Origin: Anolis carolinensis
Taxonomy: Eukaryota
Length of the DNA stretch: 64,000 nucleotides
Direction: 5' to 3'
Assembly (NCBI RefSeq): GCF_035594765.1
Contig: NC_085842.1
Location: 92,790,782 to 92,854,781 of the forward strand
The notes below the pieces were generated by a model that searched no databases, was not told the DNA's origin, and worked only from the letters and a program-made list of their open reading frames with translations. Position numbers and translations under genes: made by a program. Below, piece after piece: positions 1 to 13,341 of the stretch. Within the stretch, counting starts at the first letter, position 1, and each line of letters opens with the position of its first letter.

Positions 1-3000
1 CCTAATAGGTAGGTTTCCGGTAATTGTATGAATTTCACGTCTAAATTTTTTTGAATGTTATCATGTATCATTGCCCAGTATTCTCTAGCTTTACAACATT
101 TCCACCAAATATGGTAAAAGCCACCTTCCTCCTTTCCACATTTCCAACAGTTGGTGTTCAGATTTTTGTTTATGTGACCGAGTTTTTTTGGTGTCATATA
201 CCATCTGTAAAAGAGCTTCATCCAGTTTTCTTTTAATTCCAGGGCATATGTTAATTTCAGTTTTCTGTTCCAGCAGGCTTCCCATTCCTCTAGGAGGATT
301 GGTCTGCCAATGTCATTAGACCACTTGGTCATGCAATTTTTGATGTAATTTGTTTCTGTGTCCCACTCTAATAAGATCTTATAGATTTTGGAGATAAGTT
401 TCTTGTCTGAAAATAGAATTCTATCCCACAGGTTGTTTTTGTCCATGAAGCCAATTAATCTATCTCTTTTATAATATTCCCTAAGTTGACCATATTGCAG
501 CCAAGACACTTTAATTTGGTCTTCCAAGATTTCCTGGTGTGATTTTAATGTCCATTCTGAGTCCTGTTTTTTTAGAAGTTCTTCATATTTCGGCCAACTA
601 TTCAATCCCAGTAGCCTTCTTTGTGCTGCCTCTAAAGGGGATATCCATTTTGGTGTCCTGTTATACATTCTTGTTCTATACTTTTGCCACGTTTTTATAA
701 GGGCTGACCTTATTGGGTGATTATTAAAGTCTCTTTCTATTTTGGCTCTTTCATACCATAGGTACGAATGCCATCCCGCCCGGAGATCAAATCCCTCAAT
801 ATTTAACATTTTTCTATTTTTGAGTTGGATCCAATCTTTGATCCATAATAGGTTACAAGCTTCAAAATAAATTTTAAGGTTTGGTGCCGCGAAACCTCCC
901 CTTCTTTTATCGTCTGTTAAGTTTTTCATTTTAATTCGAGGTTTCTTCCCCTGCCAAATAAAATTACTAAGATCTTTGTTCCAATTTTCAAAGTTTTTCT
1001 GATTTCTCAATATTGGTAGGCATTGGAATAGGTAGAGCATTCTTGGGAGAATATTCATTTTGATGGTCGAGATCCTTCCCCATAAAGAAATTTTTAAGTT
1101 CTTCCACTTGTCTAAGTCCTTTTTAATCTCATTCCAAGTTTTTAGATAATTGTTTTGAAGTTATTGGATGTTTTTTGGAGTTATTATTATTCCTAGGTAT
1201 TTTAATTTTGTCGTTATTTGGATGCCTAGTTGATTGGTGATTATTTCCTGTCTCCTCTTGGAAATATTCTTTGTTAAACCCTTAGTTTTATTCAGGTTAA
1301 TTTTAAAGCCCGCTAGTGTGCCGAATTGTCTGATCACTTCCATCCATTTTTCGCCCGTAATCACTGGGTTTTCTATAAAACAAATCAAGTCGTCTGCATA
1401 TGCTTTTATTTTGTAATTTATCCCCTGTATTTTTGCTCCTTGTAGCTCCTTATTATCTTTAATATTGTTTAGAAGGATCTCTAATGTCATAATAAAAATG
1501 AGCGGAGAGAGGGGGCATCCCTGCCGTGTTCCTTTTTCGATACTTAGTGTTTTTGTTTCCTGTCCGTTAACTCTAATCTTGGCATATTGGTTTTGATAGA
1601 TGGTTTCTAATACATTCCTAAAATAATAACCCATATCCAATTCTTGTGCTAACAATTTAAAAAAATCCCAATTGATCCTATCAAATGCTTTCTCGGCGTC
1701 TATAGCTAGGAATAATGTTTCCCTTTGGATATTTTTTTCATAGTAGTCAATTAGATCAATCACCATCCTGACATTATCTTTAATTTGCCTATTAGGTAAA
1801 AATCCCGTTTGGTCTTGGTTAATCCAATTTTCTAAAAAAAGTCTTTTGTCTTTCTTCTATGATACTCGAGAAAATTTTGTAGTCAATGTTAAGTAATGAA
1901 ATGGGTCTATAATTTGTAATATCATCTGGGTCAGTGTTATCCTTGTGAATCACCGTGATTAAGGCTTCTTTCCAAGAATTTGGCATATCTTTCCCTTCTC
2001 TTATCCTATTCATTATCTTTTTTAAATGTGGGGTCAACTCTTTTTCAAATATCTTATAATAGATTGCAGAGATGCCGTCTGGGCCCCCGGCGATTTTGTC
2101 CCATCCAGTTTTTTAATGGCCTTCTGTATTTCCTTTGCTGATATTTCCTTATTTAGGGCTTCTCTCTCTTCCTCTTTAATCTTTTGTAAGTTTAAACTGC
2201 CCAGATAACTTGAGATGCTCTCCTTTTCCACCTCCTCCTTTTTATAAAGCTTACTGTAAAATTTAAAGAACTCATTAAGAATTTCTTTCTTTGTGACATA
2301 GGTTTTATCCTCAGATCTGATTCTATTTATATAGGTAGCCTCTTTCTTCCTTCTCAGTTTTCTAGAGAGCCATCTCCCCGGTTTATTTGTGTTTTCAAAG
2401 TAGTTTTGTTTAACAAACTTTAGTTGATTGGCTCTTTGTTCTAACTCAAAATATTATCGGTTTTTTTGACTTAGTTTTAGTTCCTTTAATGCTTTAAGAT
2501 TTTTGGGGTTAGCCTTTAGTTTTTTTTCTAATTGTATGATCTTATCTGTTATTATATTGAGTTGTTCTTGTTTCGCTCTCTTTTTCCGGGCCCCTTGTTG
2601 TATAAAATACCCTCTCATTGTCGCTTTACTAGCGTCCCATATGATGTCGAGGGGGGTTTCCTGATTGTTGTTTATTGCAAAAAATTCTTCCAACAGATTC
2701 CTATTATTTTCTATGTCTTCTTTCTTTTTCAACAAGTTACTGTCTAACCTCCATCTCCAACTGTTTTTATGTTGATTTAAGATGATTTCTAAAGGGCAGT
2801 GATCTGAGTGCAGTCTAGGCAATATATTAACTTTTTTCACTCTTAGTGATAGGGATTTTGACACCCAAAACATGTCGATTCGGGACCAACTTTTATGTCT
2901 CTCAGAAAAGAATGTGTAATCCCTTTCTCTTTCATGGTGTGATCTCCATATGTCCACTAAATTGTACTCTTCTTTAAAAATTTTAAAGTCTTTGGATAGC

Positions 3001-3260
3001 GTATCCTTAACTACTTTTTTCCCGTGACCTTTCCCTGGGTTCTTATCTATTTCGCTGTTGAGTACCCCGTTGAAGTCGCCCATTATAATCATATTATCAA
3101 ATTCCTTGTCTAATATTAGTTCTTTTAATTTTTTGATAAACATCGATTTATTCCCGTTAGGGGCGTAGATGTTGCAAAGCAAGATTTTAGTCCTTTCCAT
3201 AGTTATAGTTACACCTAGAATCCTTCCATCATTGTCCCTGAAGGACATTTCAGCTGGTAT
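1..3260 (-). mobile_element. L1-clade LINE, 5'-truncated and inactivated ORF2 (APE endonuclease, RT, CCHC); runs off the left window edge
   Basis: Minus-strand fragments give NIYAPN, MGDFN, SRIDM and SDHCP (APE endonuclease), then YRPISLLNIDYKI, DAEKAFD, GTRQGCPLSP, YADD and KYLGI (RT), and CWKC-x8-H-x4-C at about 93-149. In-frame stops at 2454-2456 and 1161-1163; frameshifts near 2080 and 1835. Confidence 0.95.
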
Positions 3261-4092
3261 TTAAAATATTTTATTAATGTAACTGGATCTTGGATAACAG
3301 GTGTTTTATAGTTAAGCGAAAGTGTATCAGTGGTATTTTACATCCTGGGAATTTTGTGTGGGTATACTCAGCTTGTTTGTATACTTCTTGCATTTCTAGG
3401 ATTACAGCCAAGGGCCTGGTGTACTGTTTAACAAGCTCAACTGTGTTTTTGCGATTATTTATGGTCACCTAGCTACTTATGTAGTAATGATTTTCTGAGC
3501 AATCCATTTTGTCTCAACATGGAGAGCTAGGGTTGGCAAAAATAATTACTGTTTTGCCTTCCAACTACAGTACAGATTTATTTTGTTGTTGTTCTTGATA
3601 TTGTTAATTGCCTTCTACTTGGCCTTGACATATGGCGATCTTACAAATGAGAGAGCTCCAAGAATTTGTGTCATCAAGAGCTCTACTCATTTATATTCAG
3701 TTTAACTGCGGTTGTAAAGTTTGCTTATGGAAAATGTACTTTTCACCATTCTATCCATTAAGTTTCCTACCATTTTTTCTTCAGTTTACTGCTAGTATGT
3801 TAGAGCACAAACATCCTTAGCAAATTATAAATATATTTGTATAGATGGAAGGATGTCAGTATTTGTGAGAGAAGATTATGCTGCAGATTAATCAGAAATT
3901 ATTCCATTTCATTATTTTTAATGATAGGTCAGCAGGGTGTTGGGAGAGAGAAAAAAAACTGTTCCTATTAATAGTTTTGAGAAAAATAATACTGGGATGA
4001 ATGATATATCTCTGTAACAACTAATCACAGCTGTTAGTGAAAGGGATGATAATAACAAATTGATCTTGCTATTATTAGAACTATAGTATATA

Positions 4093-4768
4093 CAGTAGAG
4101 TCTCACTTATCCAACATTTGCTTATCCAATGTTCTGGATTATCCAACGGCTGGTGGGGACGAGAGATAGGGCCTTCTTGGTAGTGGCTCCCCGGCTGTGG
4201 AACTCCCTCCCCAGTGACATTCGGCAGGCTCCATCCCTTCTGGGGTTCAGAAAAAACCTGAAGACCTGGCTATGTACGCAAGAATAAGCATGTGTTGGCT
4301 TTGACGCGGTCTGAATTACGGCTTGTGTATAAGGTCTGGTGGATGAATGGCATAAGCACTTTGCATTGTTTTAAACTTTGCATATTGTATTTTATGACTG
4401 TTTTAACTGTTTAAATGTTTTAGTTCATTGTATAGCAGTGCAACGGCATCAATTGCCACTTGTAAGCCGCCCTGAGTCCCCTCAGGTGAGAAGGGTGGGG
4501 TATAAATAATTGAAATTAATTAAATAAATTAAATAAATTTTGGTGCTAAATTCGTAAATACAGTAATTACTACATAGCATTACTGCATATTGAACTACTT
4601 TTTCTGTCAAATTAGTTGTATAACATGGTGTTTTGGTGCTTAATTTGTAAAACCATAACCTAATTTGATGTTTAATAGGCTTTTCCTTAATCCCTCCTTA
4701 TTATTCAACATATTCACTTATCCAACATTCTGTTGGCCCATTTATGTTGGATAAGTGAGACTCTACTG
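4093..4768. mobile_element. Tc1/mariner-superfamily (Tigger/pogo-like) MITE interrupted by an L2 fragment
   Basis: TIR CAGTAGAGTCTCACTTATCCAAC / GTTGGATAAGTGAGACTCTACTG with TA on both flanks; same family as copies at 46615, 52273 and 59935. Confidence 0.9.
4148..4538 (+). mobile_element. L2-clade LINE 3' fragment nested in the MITE
   Basis: Encodes GTRDRAFLVVAPRLWNSLPSDIRQAPSLLGFRKNLKTWL (L2 ORF2 C-terminus) and ends in GCCGCCCTGAGTCCCC..GAGAAGGG followed by a TAAA-type tail. Confidence 0.85.
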
Positions 4769-5034
4769 TACTGGGATTTTTCCTGATACTGAGTGAAAAG
4801 CACTGGATACCAAGAGCATTACAGCCAGAATATATTCAGATGTTAAGGTGCAAAATGCAAGAGAGTAAGACTGCAGTATGTTTTTTCTTAAAGATAGCAA
4901 TGAGAAATTTCAGATATTTGCTTCCTGTTGAAAGAAAAGACTTTATCACAAAAAGCACAATTGCAGGAGGATAAATGCACTTTTGGATGGAGTTTACTGA
5001 ACAACTCAACATATTTCTTGTAGTCACATTGACT

Positions 5035-5035
<1 letters not shown>

Positions 5036-5102
<67 letters not shown>
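5036..5102. repeat. (TAA)n microsatellite, about 22 units
   Basis: Read directly; abuts the 3' end of the Penelope fragment. Confidence 0.98.
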
Positions 5103-5103
<1 letters not shown>

Positions 5104-5830
5104 TATTTGGGTTGTTGTATGTCTTTCGGGCTGTGTGGCCATGTTCCAGAAGCATTCTCTCCTGACGTTTCGCCCACATCTATGGCAGGCATCCTCAGAG
5201 GTTGTGAGGTATGGATAAACTAAGTCAGGAAAGGAAAGAATAAATATCTGTGTAGAGTCCAAGGTGTGGCAAGAGTTCTTTGTCACTGGGAGCCAGCATT
5301 AATGTTTCAGTTAATCACCCTAATTGGCACTGGAAATGTTTTGTCCCTTGCCTGGGGGCATCCTTTGTTCAGTCAAGTCCTCATTGTGTTGGTTCCCATC
5401 TACTGTTTTGATTTTGGAGTTTTGTAATACTGGTAGCCAGATTTTGTTCATTTTCATGGTTTCTTCCTTTCTGTTGAAGTTGTCCACATGCTTGTGGATT
5501 TCAATGGCTTCTCTGTGTAGTCTGACATGATAGTTGTTAGAATGGTCCAGCATTTTTGTGTTCTCAAATAGTATTCTGTGTCCAGGCTGGTTCATCAAAT
5601 GCTCTGCTATGGCTGATTTCTCTGGTTGAATTAGTCTGCAGTGCCTTTCATGTTCTTTGACTCTTGTTTGGGCGCTGCGTTTGGTGGTCCCTATGTAGAC
5701 TTGTCCACAGCTGCATGGTATCCGGTAGACTCCTGCAGAAGAGAGAGGATCCCTCTTGTCCTTCGCTGACCGTAGCATTTGTTGGATTTTCTTCGTGGGT
5801 CTGTAGATAGTTTGTAGGTTGTGCTTCTTA
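5103..5830 (-). mobile_element. Penelope-like retroelement, 5'-truncated, with GIY-YIG endonuclease coding region and 3' pseudo-LTR sequence
   Basis: ORF 5320-5847 contains GVYRIPCSCGQVYIGTTKR..RVKEH..KSAIAEH..REAIEI..NFNR, the GIY-YIG signature of Penelope-like elements; a hammerhead motif lies downstream. Confidence 0.93.
5161..5201 (-). ncRNA. Minimal type I hammerhead ribozyme motif in the Penelope element
   Basis: Minus strand reads CCU CUGAGGA U GCCUGC cauagau GUGGGC GAAAC GUC AGG: core boxes, 6-bp stem II, 3-bp stem I and a palindromic ACGU stem III. Confidence 0.8.
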
Positions 5831-8800
5831 AAATACATAGATAACAATGTAAGATCATTAAAACAGATATATTAAAAGGCATAGACCTTAAATTAAAACA
5901 CATTAAATAACGAATAATAATCAATGTAAATATAAATTCATTGTTTAAAATTGTCTGGTTTGTGATTAGGTCATCTCTTTTCATTGGTGGGAAAAACTGT
6001 CAAATAATTCAGTATCACTGTTCTTTCATTACTGTCTTTTATGTGAGAACTTCCTTCTGATGCTGTATGAGTATCTTGCAAGATGGCCAGAACTGTGCAG
6101 TTGTACCATTGCAGTAATATAGGAAGGAAGGAAAATACAAAAAATGCGAATGTTCTGGGCAGAACAAACATGGTAGGACATGCTGTTGTGTGGATGACTG
6201 TTCACATATATTTGTATCAACAAGGGACCAGCACTACTCAGTTGTTGCAAGATGTAAATGTGATAATTCCATTAGAAGTATGATTGCGTTTTCTTAAGGA
6301 ACAGAATTGCAACAAGGCTGGTGTGATAAAGTCCAACATTTTTGAAAATCAGGCATTATTGTTTTGCAAAGAAAGCAGCATCTTCCACACAGCAAATATT
6401 ATTTCATGTGCTGAAAACACTGTTTTCCATGCAGAAAATGCTGTTTTCCACACAGAACACCCACCTATAAATTTTGTATAAAATAAATCCTGAACTGGGA
6501 AGATTTTAATCAGCCTATGATTGTTCTCATCAAAGTTTCTCAACACTCAATAGATAGATTTTCTAACAATTAAAAAAAAATCAAATACTCTTTTTATCTC
6601 AGATGTAGCTAAATGAATAGTGCTTCTCTGTCAGCTCCACTTTGCTAAAAACAATAAAAACTTTTTCTTTTATGAATTAAATTTCCCATCCGGTTATTTT
6701 GTGGTCCATTCACACCACAGGTTAGTTTTGCTGCAATATGTTGCCTTGCTTATTCAAACAGCAGGGCCTCATCTGTTATGAATCATAGTAATATAAAGAA
6801 AAATGGTATCACTTAGCTCCAGTCATGAGATAATTTCCACTCCCCATGAATGAGCTCTTTGCAAAGATAAGATTTATCTAAATTCCTCTCTGTAAAAAGT
6901 TCTACCCTGTAAAATTTGGTGCAGATGTCGTGCTGGAGGCTGACCTTTCAGCTGAACGCACTTCACCCCTGCCACCCTCAGCAATTACCATCTAATTATG
7001 CCAATGGCCCCTATCATTTGCAGGCTCTTCTTAGAAATAATCCCAGGCTTCCTGCTAGCTGAATTTGTGATTAGGGATGTAATAATTGTTCCTTTAATAA
7101 AAATAAAAAATGGTTCCTTTTCATTTCTCAGGCATTTTTAAATGTTAAATACCGGTACCTTGAATGACTTGTAAAGTATATGGACTATGATTTTTGAGGC
7201 CACATTACTGTTATCGTCCTTTCTGGGGAAAAGTAAAATGCTGGACTTTAATGAGAGAAAATGAGATTTGTGATTTAAATAGGTCCATCTACGACTTTAT
7301 TTCAAACAGGGACTGCCTCAAAGCAACAGAAATAAAGCGTGTGGAGAAAATACATATGTATTATATAGATGGAAGAACCAATATTCCTTTGTCAAGGACA
7401 GCAATTTATTTTCTATTATATCTTAATGGTTTCCACATTTGTCATCCTTATCTGAGCAACCCTCCCTTTTGTTCATTCACAATGTAGGTTAAATGCATGC
7501 TGCTGTCCTACAAACTCCAGCCTGATATATTGCCCTGATGAATGGAAATCATCACCATGGCCTAAAATAATGAGTTGTCAGGGGCAAAGGGTCCAGGTTC
7601 CTTGCTGTTTGCACTCTCATGTGATAGTATGAAAACAGAAATGACATTTTCCCTAAGCTACATCAAAGTTGTTCTTGCTTTCCTATTTCCATGTGTTTAG
7701 GTTGGAAATCACAGTGCTATCCAACTAGTGGCATGTGTTCTTTTGTTTTCAATGCCTAGATATAATACCATCAGAAAAATCTGAACTGAACCCTTATGTA
7801 CATATCAGAGAGTAATTTCAATAAGATAATTAGTAAAGTACTTTCAAGCAGAGTAAGTAACCAAATAGACAAATCAGGGAGGGATAGCATTAGTTCATAG
7901 ATATCATTTGATGATTCTATACTATGATAAATGAACTGATTGGCTGCATCTTCTGAAATTGGCAAGCAAAGAGCAATTTTCATTTTACTATATTGTATGT
8001 ATTGTATACATACAATAAATATGGGATCAATCTGAAGTAGCAATACTCCACTAACTATTAAAAAATCTCCATGCCCAGTAATGTATCTGTTTTGTTATTT
8101 ACACTTCTCAGACCAGAAACACTAATGTCTCCCCAAGCAACTATTCCTAGTATACCAAAGGATACTGTCATGACCGTTAAAGTGGGGATAATGTGTTATA
8201 ACAGTGTATTATGAGAGAGCCCAGTCTCTCTTTTTGTACTTTAATGTTGTCTGCCCCCCCCCAACCCAGCCTCCTCAGTTGATTACATAGGTTTTTCACA
8301 TCCAGTCCTGTGTTCCCAGCATTAAAAGAGTAGAAAGTATGGTTTTGCCTCCCACTCACCTTTCTCTCCCTAGTTTTAAAAGCTACACACATTATTTAGG
8401 CCCTTTCTGATAATTTGTTGATCCCTTTCACATGTGTTGAATTTTTACTTCTCAGTTAATAAATTAACTACCTTTTAGATATAAGACTTTATAGATACTG
8501 CATATAGTTGATACTTTTATAAATTGTGTCTGACTTCTTTCTTGTTCATCATTATATTTCTTTGTATCTTTTCCCACTGAGTTTCTCAGTTTTCAATTTT
8601 AGGTTCCTCTGATCAGACAGCTGTTATAGGTACCCAGGTTCTCAATTAACAGGGTAAACGAAAAAGTGCCTTAAATGCCATATCTTTGCAGATGATTAGA
8701 CAAGGAGTCAAAGTCCCTTAGACTCCTGCCATAACGTCTTTCAAGTGTGCGCACCAGTAAACAGAAAATTCTGGGAGCATCACGCTGCCACTGAGAGCCA

Positions 8801-8865
8801 AGGTAGAGATAAATCTGGAGCTAAACACAGTTTTGGGTGACATAAAGAATAAATAGTGGTCATTA

Positions 8866-9265
8866 CCGTGTTTCCCCGAAAATAAGACAGTGTCTTATAT
8901 TAATTTTTGCTCCCAAAGATGCTCTAGGTCTTATTTTTCCATGAAGAAGAATTCACATTTATTGTTGAACAAAAAATGAACATTTATTATATACCGTACA
9001 GTAGTTGTCATCACAAACCAGCCTAACCAGACAAACTGTGAATCTTATCAAGCATTTCTTGTTACTACCAATATTTCCATATACAACACTCTATGGTACA
9101 TATATTTACCAATCCTGCATGCTCTGGTGTTCTGTTTGGCAGGCATGCTTCCAAACAAAAACTTTGCTAGGTCTTACTTTTGGGGGAGGCCTTATATTTA
9201 GCAATTCAGCAAAACCTCTACTAGGTCTTATTTTCTGGGGATGTCTTATTTTAGGGGAAACAGGG
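8866..9265. mobile_element. Tc1/mariner-superfamily (Tc2-like) MITE
   Basis: TIR CCGTGTTTCCCCGAAAATAAGAC / GTCTTATTTTAGGGGAAACAGGG, TA flanks; second copy at 60392-60809. Confidence 0.88.
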
Positions 9266-9683
9266 TAATACCGAGAATTCTTGTTTTTTTCTTCTATCCT
9301 GTTTATTTTTATCCTATCTTTTCCACAAACTGGGACTTAAAGCAGCTTACAGCAACTAAAAAGACATAATTAAATATTGGCCTTAACATTGGGAAAGAAA
9401 TGCAACACACAATTAAATCTAGAATGAAGTTTGTATTCTTATAGTTTTTGTAAGCAAGGACAACTATAAAATGCCTTCATTTTAAGATGTAATGTAGTTA
9501 GGGAAAGGAAGACATTTCAGCAGCTTATATACCGAGTATGTAGCAAATGCAGCCAATTAGCCACATAGAGTGACGCAAAGCCAGTGATAAGGCAGATCTA
9601 ATTAACATTTTGTTTCCATTGATCCTAGCATTTAGGACTACCATATCTTGACTCTACCTTATTCTTTCTTATGCAGTGATATA

Positions 9684-10342
9684 CAGTTATACTTTGAGTT
9701 AAGAGTTCAATTCATTCTATGGCCAAGCACTTAGCTCAAATAATTCTTATTTCAAAGCAAAATTTGACATTGAAATACTATCAACCTATTCCAGCCCTCC
9801 CCCCTCCATTATTTTTTTACGTGTATTTAAATAAGAAAATGCACTTTATAAATAATGAATAAATGCACATGCATATGGAACAATAAAGAGCAAAAGATCA
9901 ACTTTAAAATGGTAGAAGCACAAAGTTGTAGTAAAGACACACAAAGCACAAAGTAAAGAGGCAGAAACATCATTTTCTTCATACTGTACTCATTCCAGCC
10001 CCCCTCTCTCTTGCTCGCCCTCTGTCTCTTCATGAAGCCAAACATACCAGGAATAAAAAACACACGAAATCTACTAACCCAAAGTTCCTCAAAGCAGACA
10101 AGTGTAAAGTGGACAGCAATCTTCCAAAGTGGACAAGAGCACCAGGCACAAGGCATGGAATCACGAGGCATGGAGGCTGCTCCCTTGAAGCCCTAAAGCC
10201 CTGTATTCTGGTGCTAGCACTCACTCTGACACTAGCACTTAACTGAAAACACTGTTCGTATGTCAAAGCAAAACCAGGTGTGCAATGGCTCTTAAGAGCA
10301 TCCCAACTTAAGAGCATTTTGAGTTAAGTCAAAGTTCCATTG
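9684..10342. mobile_element. Old Tigger-like MITE, degenerate
   Basis: Imperfect TIR CAGTTATACTTTGAGTTAA / TTAAGTCAAAGTTCCATTG with TA flanks; internal TTAAGAGCATTTTGAGTTAAG also occurs near 27557. Confidence 0.4.
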
Positions 10343-10440
10343 TAATTGAATTGATTCTATAAATTATACAATTCCTCTTTAAGGTCATCCCATGAAGCAC
10401 ATTATAGTTCTACAATTTTATACACAACTAAATAACTAAA

Positions 10441-10442
<2 letters not shown>

Positions 10443-10487
<45 letters not shown>
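10443..10487. repeat. (AT)n microsatellite
   Basis: Read directly. Confidence 0.98.
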
Positions 10488-10489
<2 letters not shown>

Positions 10490-12039
10490 AGAAGATCCCA
10501 GATTTGTGATATGCAGTCAAAATGACAGGTGCTTGGCCCACCATTTGGCTACTGTAAAGGCCAAAGGTCCAGAATTTCCTACAAACCTGTCTGTCAGAAA
10601 TGAGAAATGTGGAACCACTTTATGGAAAAAACCTTTGCATCAGGAGTCCTGAACAGACATTCTTGCTCAACTGCCTCTCCAGCTATTCACAGCCTCAACA
10701 AATAAATCACGGTGCTACAATAAATTCAGAAATGCTCAGAGAGCACTAAAGACACTAGAGAGGTTGAAGCAGTATGACTTTGACAAAGAAGTGTGAAATT
10801 TTCTGCTTTCCCACAGAAATAGTGCAGGCAGAAGTGGACATTTTAAAAAGGAGAAATGAAGCAGAGAATTTAAATTCAGAATATTTCCTAGTGAACCTCT
10901 TACAGGTCTGTTATCTGACATATATATCCTTTTTCTCACTCTCCTTTCCCTGTAGCCAGCGTCACTTGCCTATTTTTATTACTCCATTGTAGAAATGTCT
11001 CCCCGAATCTTTGAAAGGTTAACAGAAACCTCTGTCCAGAAAACACAGAAACCAAGTCTTGCTACAGTCTATGAATTTTAATGATCTACATTACAACAAG
11101 AGTGCTATTTTTATACCTGTATGCAATCACCAGTATCTCAGTAACTGTATTAAATATGACAGAGACCCAGGAAGAAACAATAATAGAATTGCACAGCAGT
11201 TGGCCTGTCATTAATAACAGTAGGCCACAGTAAAACAGGAAAGGAACAGACAAAAGAAATAACATGGTGAAGAGCACTGATAAGATTCAAGACAAGCATC
11301 TATATAGAAATTGTGTGCTGCTATGGTAAAACGTATCCATTACATGGATAACAGTAAATTAGAACTATTCAGTGCCTTTCCATTCTATAAATATAGGTGG
11401 CTAAATGTAATAGTCTGATAAGTTGTGGAGACAGTTGTACTACCCATAGGAAAAGTAACATTTTACTTAGCACTGGACACAATAATGTTAGGTTCACCAC
11501 GGGAAAGAACTCTTGTTCAGTCAGGAGTAAACAACTTTGTACTCTCCAGAAGTTCTGGATTGTAACTCTTATGAGGCTTCATGGGCACAACCAATGGTGA
11601 ATAATTTCACAGACTGGAAAAACACCAGTCCGCCACTTCCATATTAGACTATTAAGAATCATGGTCAATGATCTATGACTACAGAAGTAATAATTACAGA
11701 TATCTGGCAACTAGGAAGTTGCCAATGTCTGTACAGATGGTTGTTAATACTCAGCAAGCCACAATTCAAGATGCTTTGAAGTGTGTTTTTGAAAATAAAT
11801 TTCCAGTTCTAATTTGTCATTATACCTGAATGACAAATTATGACATTTGTTAAAGTATGACAAATAATGGCATTACACCTGCCATTATCTCATTTGACTC
11901 CTAGTTTATTTTGTAGCTCTGCCCAAGCTACAGAAATAAAAAAAGGGTCGTCTAGAAGATGAAACAAATCACACAACTGAGACTATATACCTGTGTTGTG
12001 ATTTTGTTATATGCTAATAAAGGCTGTTTATATGACTAC

Positions 12040-12125
12040 TACTGAGTATTCCTTGCCTAAGAAAACCCCATGAAATTCCTGGGTTTGCTGTAAATTGACT
12101 TGGGGGCACACATCCACACACATCA
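12040..12125 (+). mobile_element. 3' fragment of the 5S-derived SINE family
   Basis: GAGTATTCCTTGCCTAAGAAAA is shared with about 31674; CA-rich tail. Confidence 0.55.
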
Positions 12126-13341
12126 TCTTTGTAAAATCTACCTCTTTGCTGACAAAGTGCTTTTACTCTCGTAATACAGCATAGATGATGAAAAACCACT
12201 GAAAATGCCAATAGCTGGAAAAAATGTAATTGTGGTTTTATCTAAAAGCCTACCTAGGTAACAACATCCCTTCTTTTGCTTTAAATTCTGTTTTTACAGC
12301 AATCCTTCTACTCCATTATTTAATGGACCTTTTTATCTTGCACACCTGTGCAGTACACAATTCAGAAGAAAAAGACATGAGTGATCATAACAAGAAAAAA
12401 TTCTGTTCAGGTGGGATATGGATTTGAAAAAAAAACCAAGCTTACTATTATGTGTAGGGATTTTGATGTTAGCAATTAAATTCACTCACATTTCTTTAAT
12501 GCTAGGTTACTACTCTACAGTAAACTTGCGAATGAAGAAAATGTGGCAAGTTCCACTTAAATACGTCCCAAACACCATGCCCTCAAGTCTCAAAAGTTTG
12601 TCCGTTCAGCCTCCAGGTCTCCCAGTCTGAGCAGACTCATCAGTCTCTTTCTCATGCCAGCCTCCAGATGGCTCCACTCTGTTTTCCTTCCTTGACCTTG
12701 ATGGCATAGAGGTGGTCTGGTGTCCTTAATACCACAAAAGAGAGTTCATTATATGGATGCAATGCCCAGAAATTTTCTTTTTGGATAGAATTTTTTCTGG
12801 GCAATATTTCAAGCATGATTTTGTATAAATAAGTTCCAAAATGCAAAGATTTTCATCAGATTGACACTTGAGAAATGCATTGTTCAAATACATTCAAATA
12901 TTCTTTCCATCTACAAGAAATATTCTTTCCATCTACAAGTTCTCCAAAGATGAGTTTGTTTGGGTTCTCCTTCAATGGCAGAATAACAGGTGAAATGGTG
13001 ATGTTTTGCCAGTCCATGGATACTTCTAAGGGCTTTAGAATTCACAAACAAAACCAACATTTTGAATATGGAGTGAATGTAATAATCTATAAGCAGGGTG
13101 TGTGATTAAAAAAAGAACTGTGCCTCATTGGTGCATTTGAAAAGATCCAGAGCAAGGATGCAGTAGATTGAACACAGAGCACATTTAGTGCTTTCTCTTG
13201 GCAATTTTTTCCCAGCAAATTTGGATTTTGAGTCAAACCTCAGCTACATAAGAGCAATCCCAAGAAGGAGATTAGCTAACTACAGAATCATTACCATGGT
13301 AAACTCTTTTTGATTTTGTTAAAGTATATATAAGGCTTATA

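Noticed and set aside
4836-5286. Poly-Ile and poly-Tyr ORFs
   Set aside because: Translations of the (TAA)n microsatellite.
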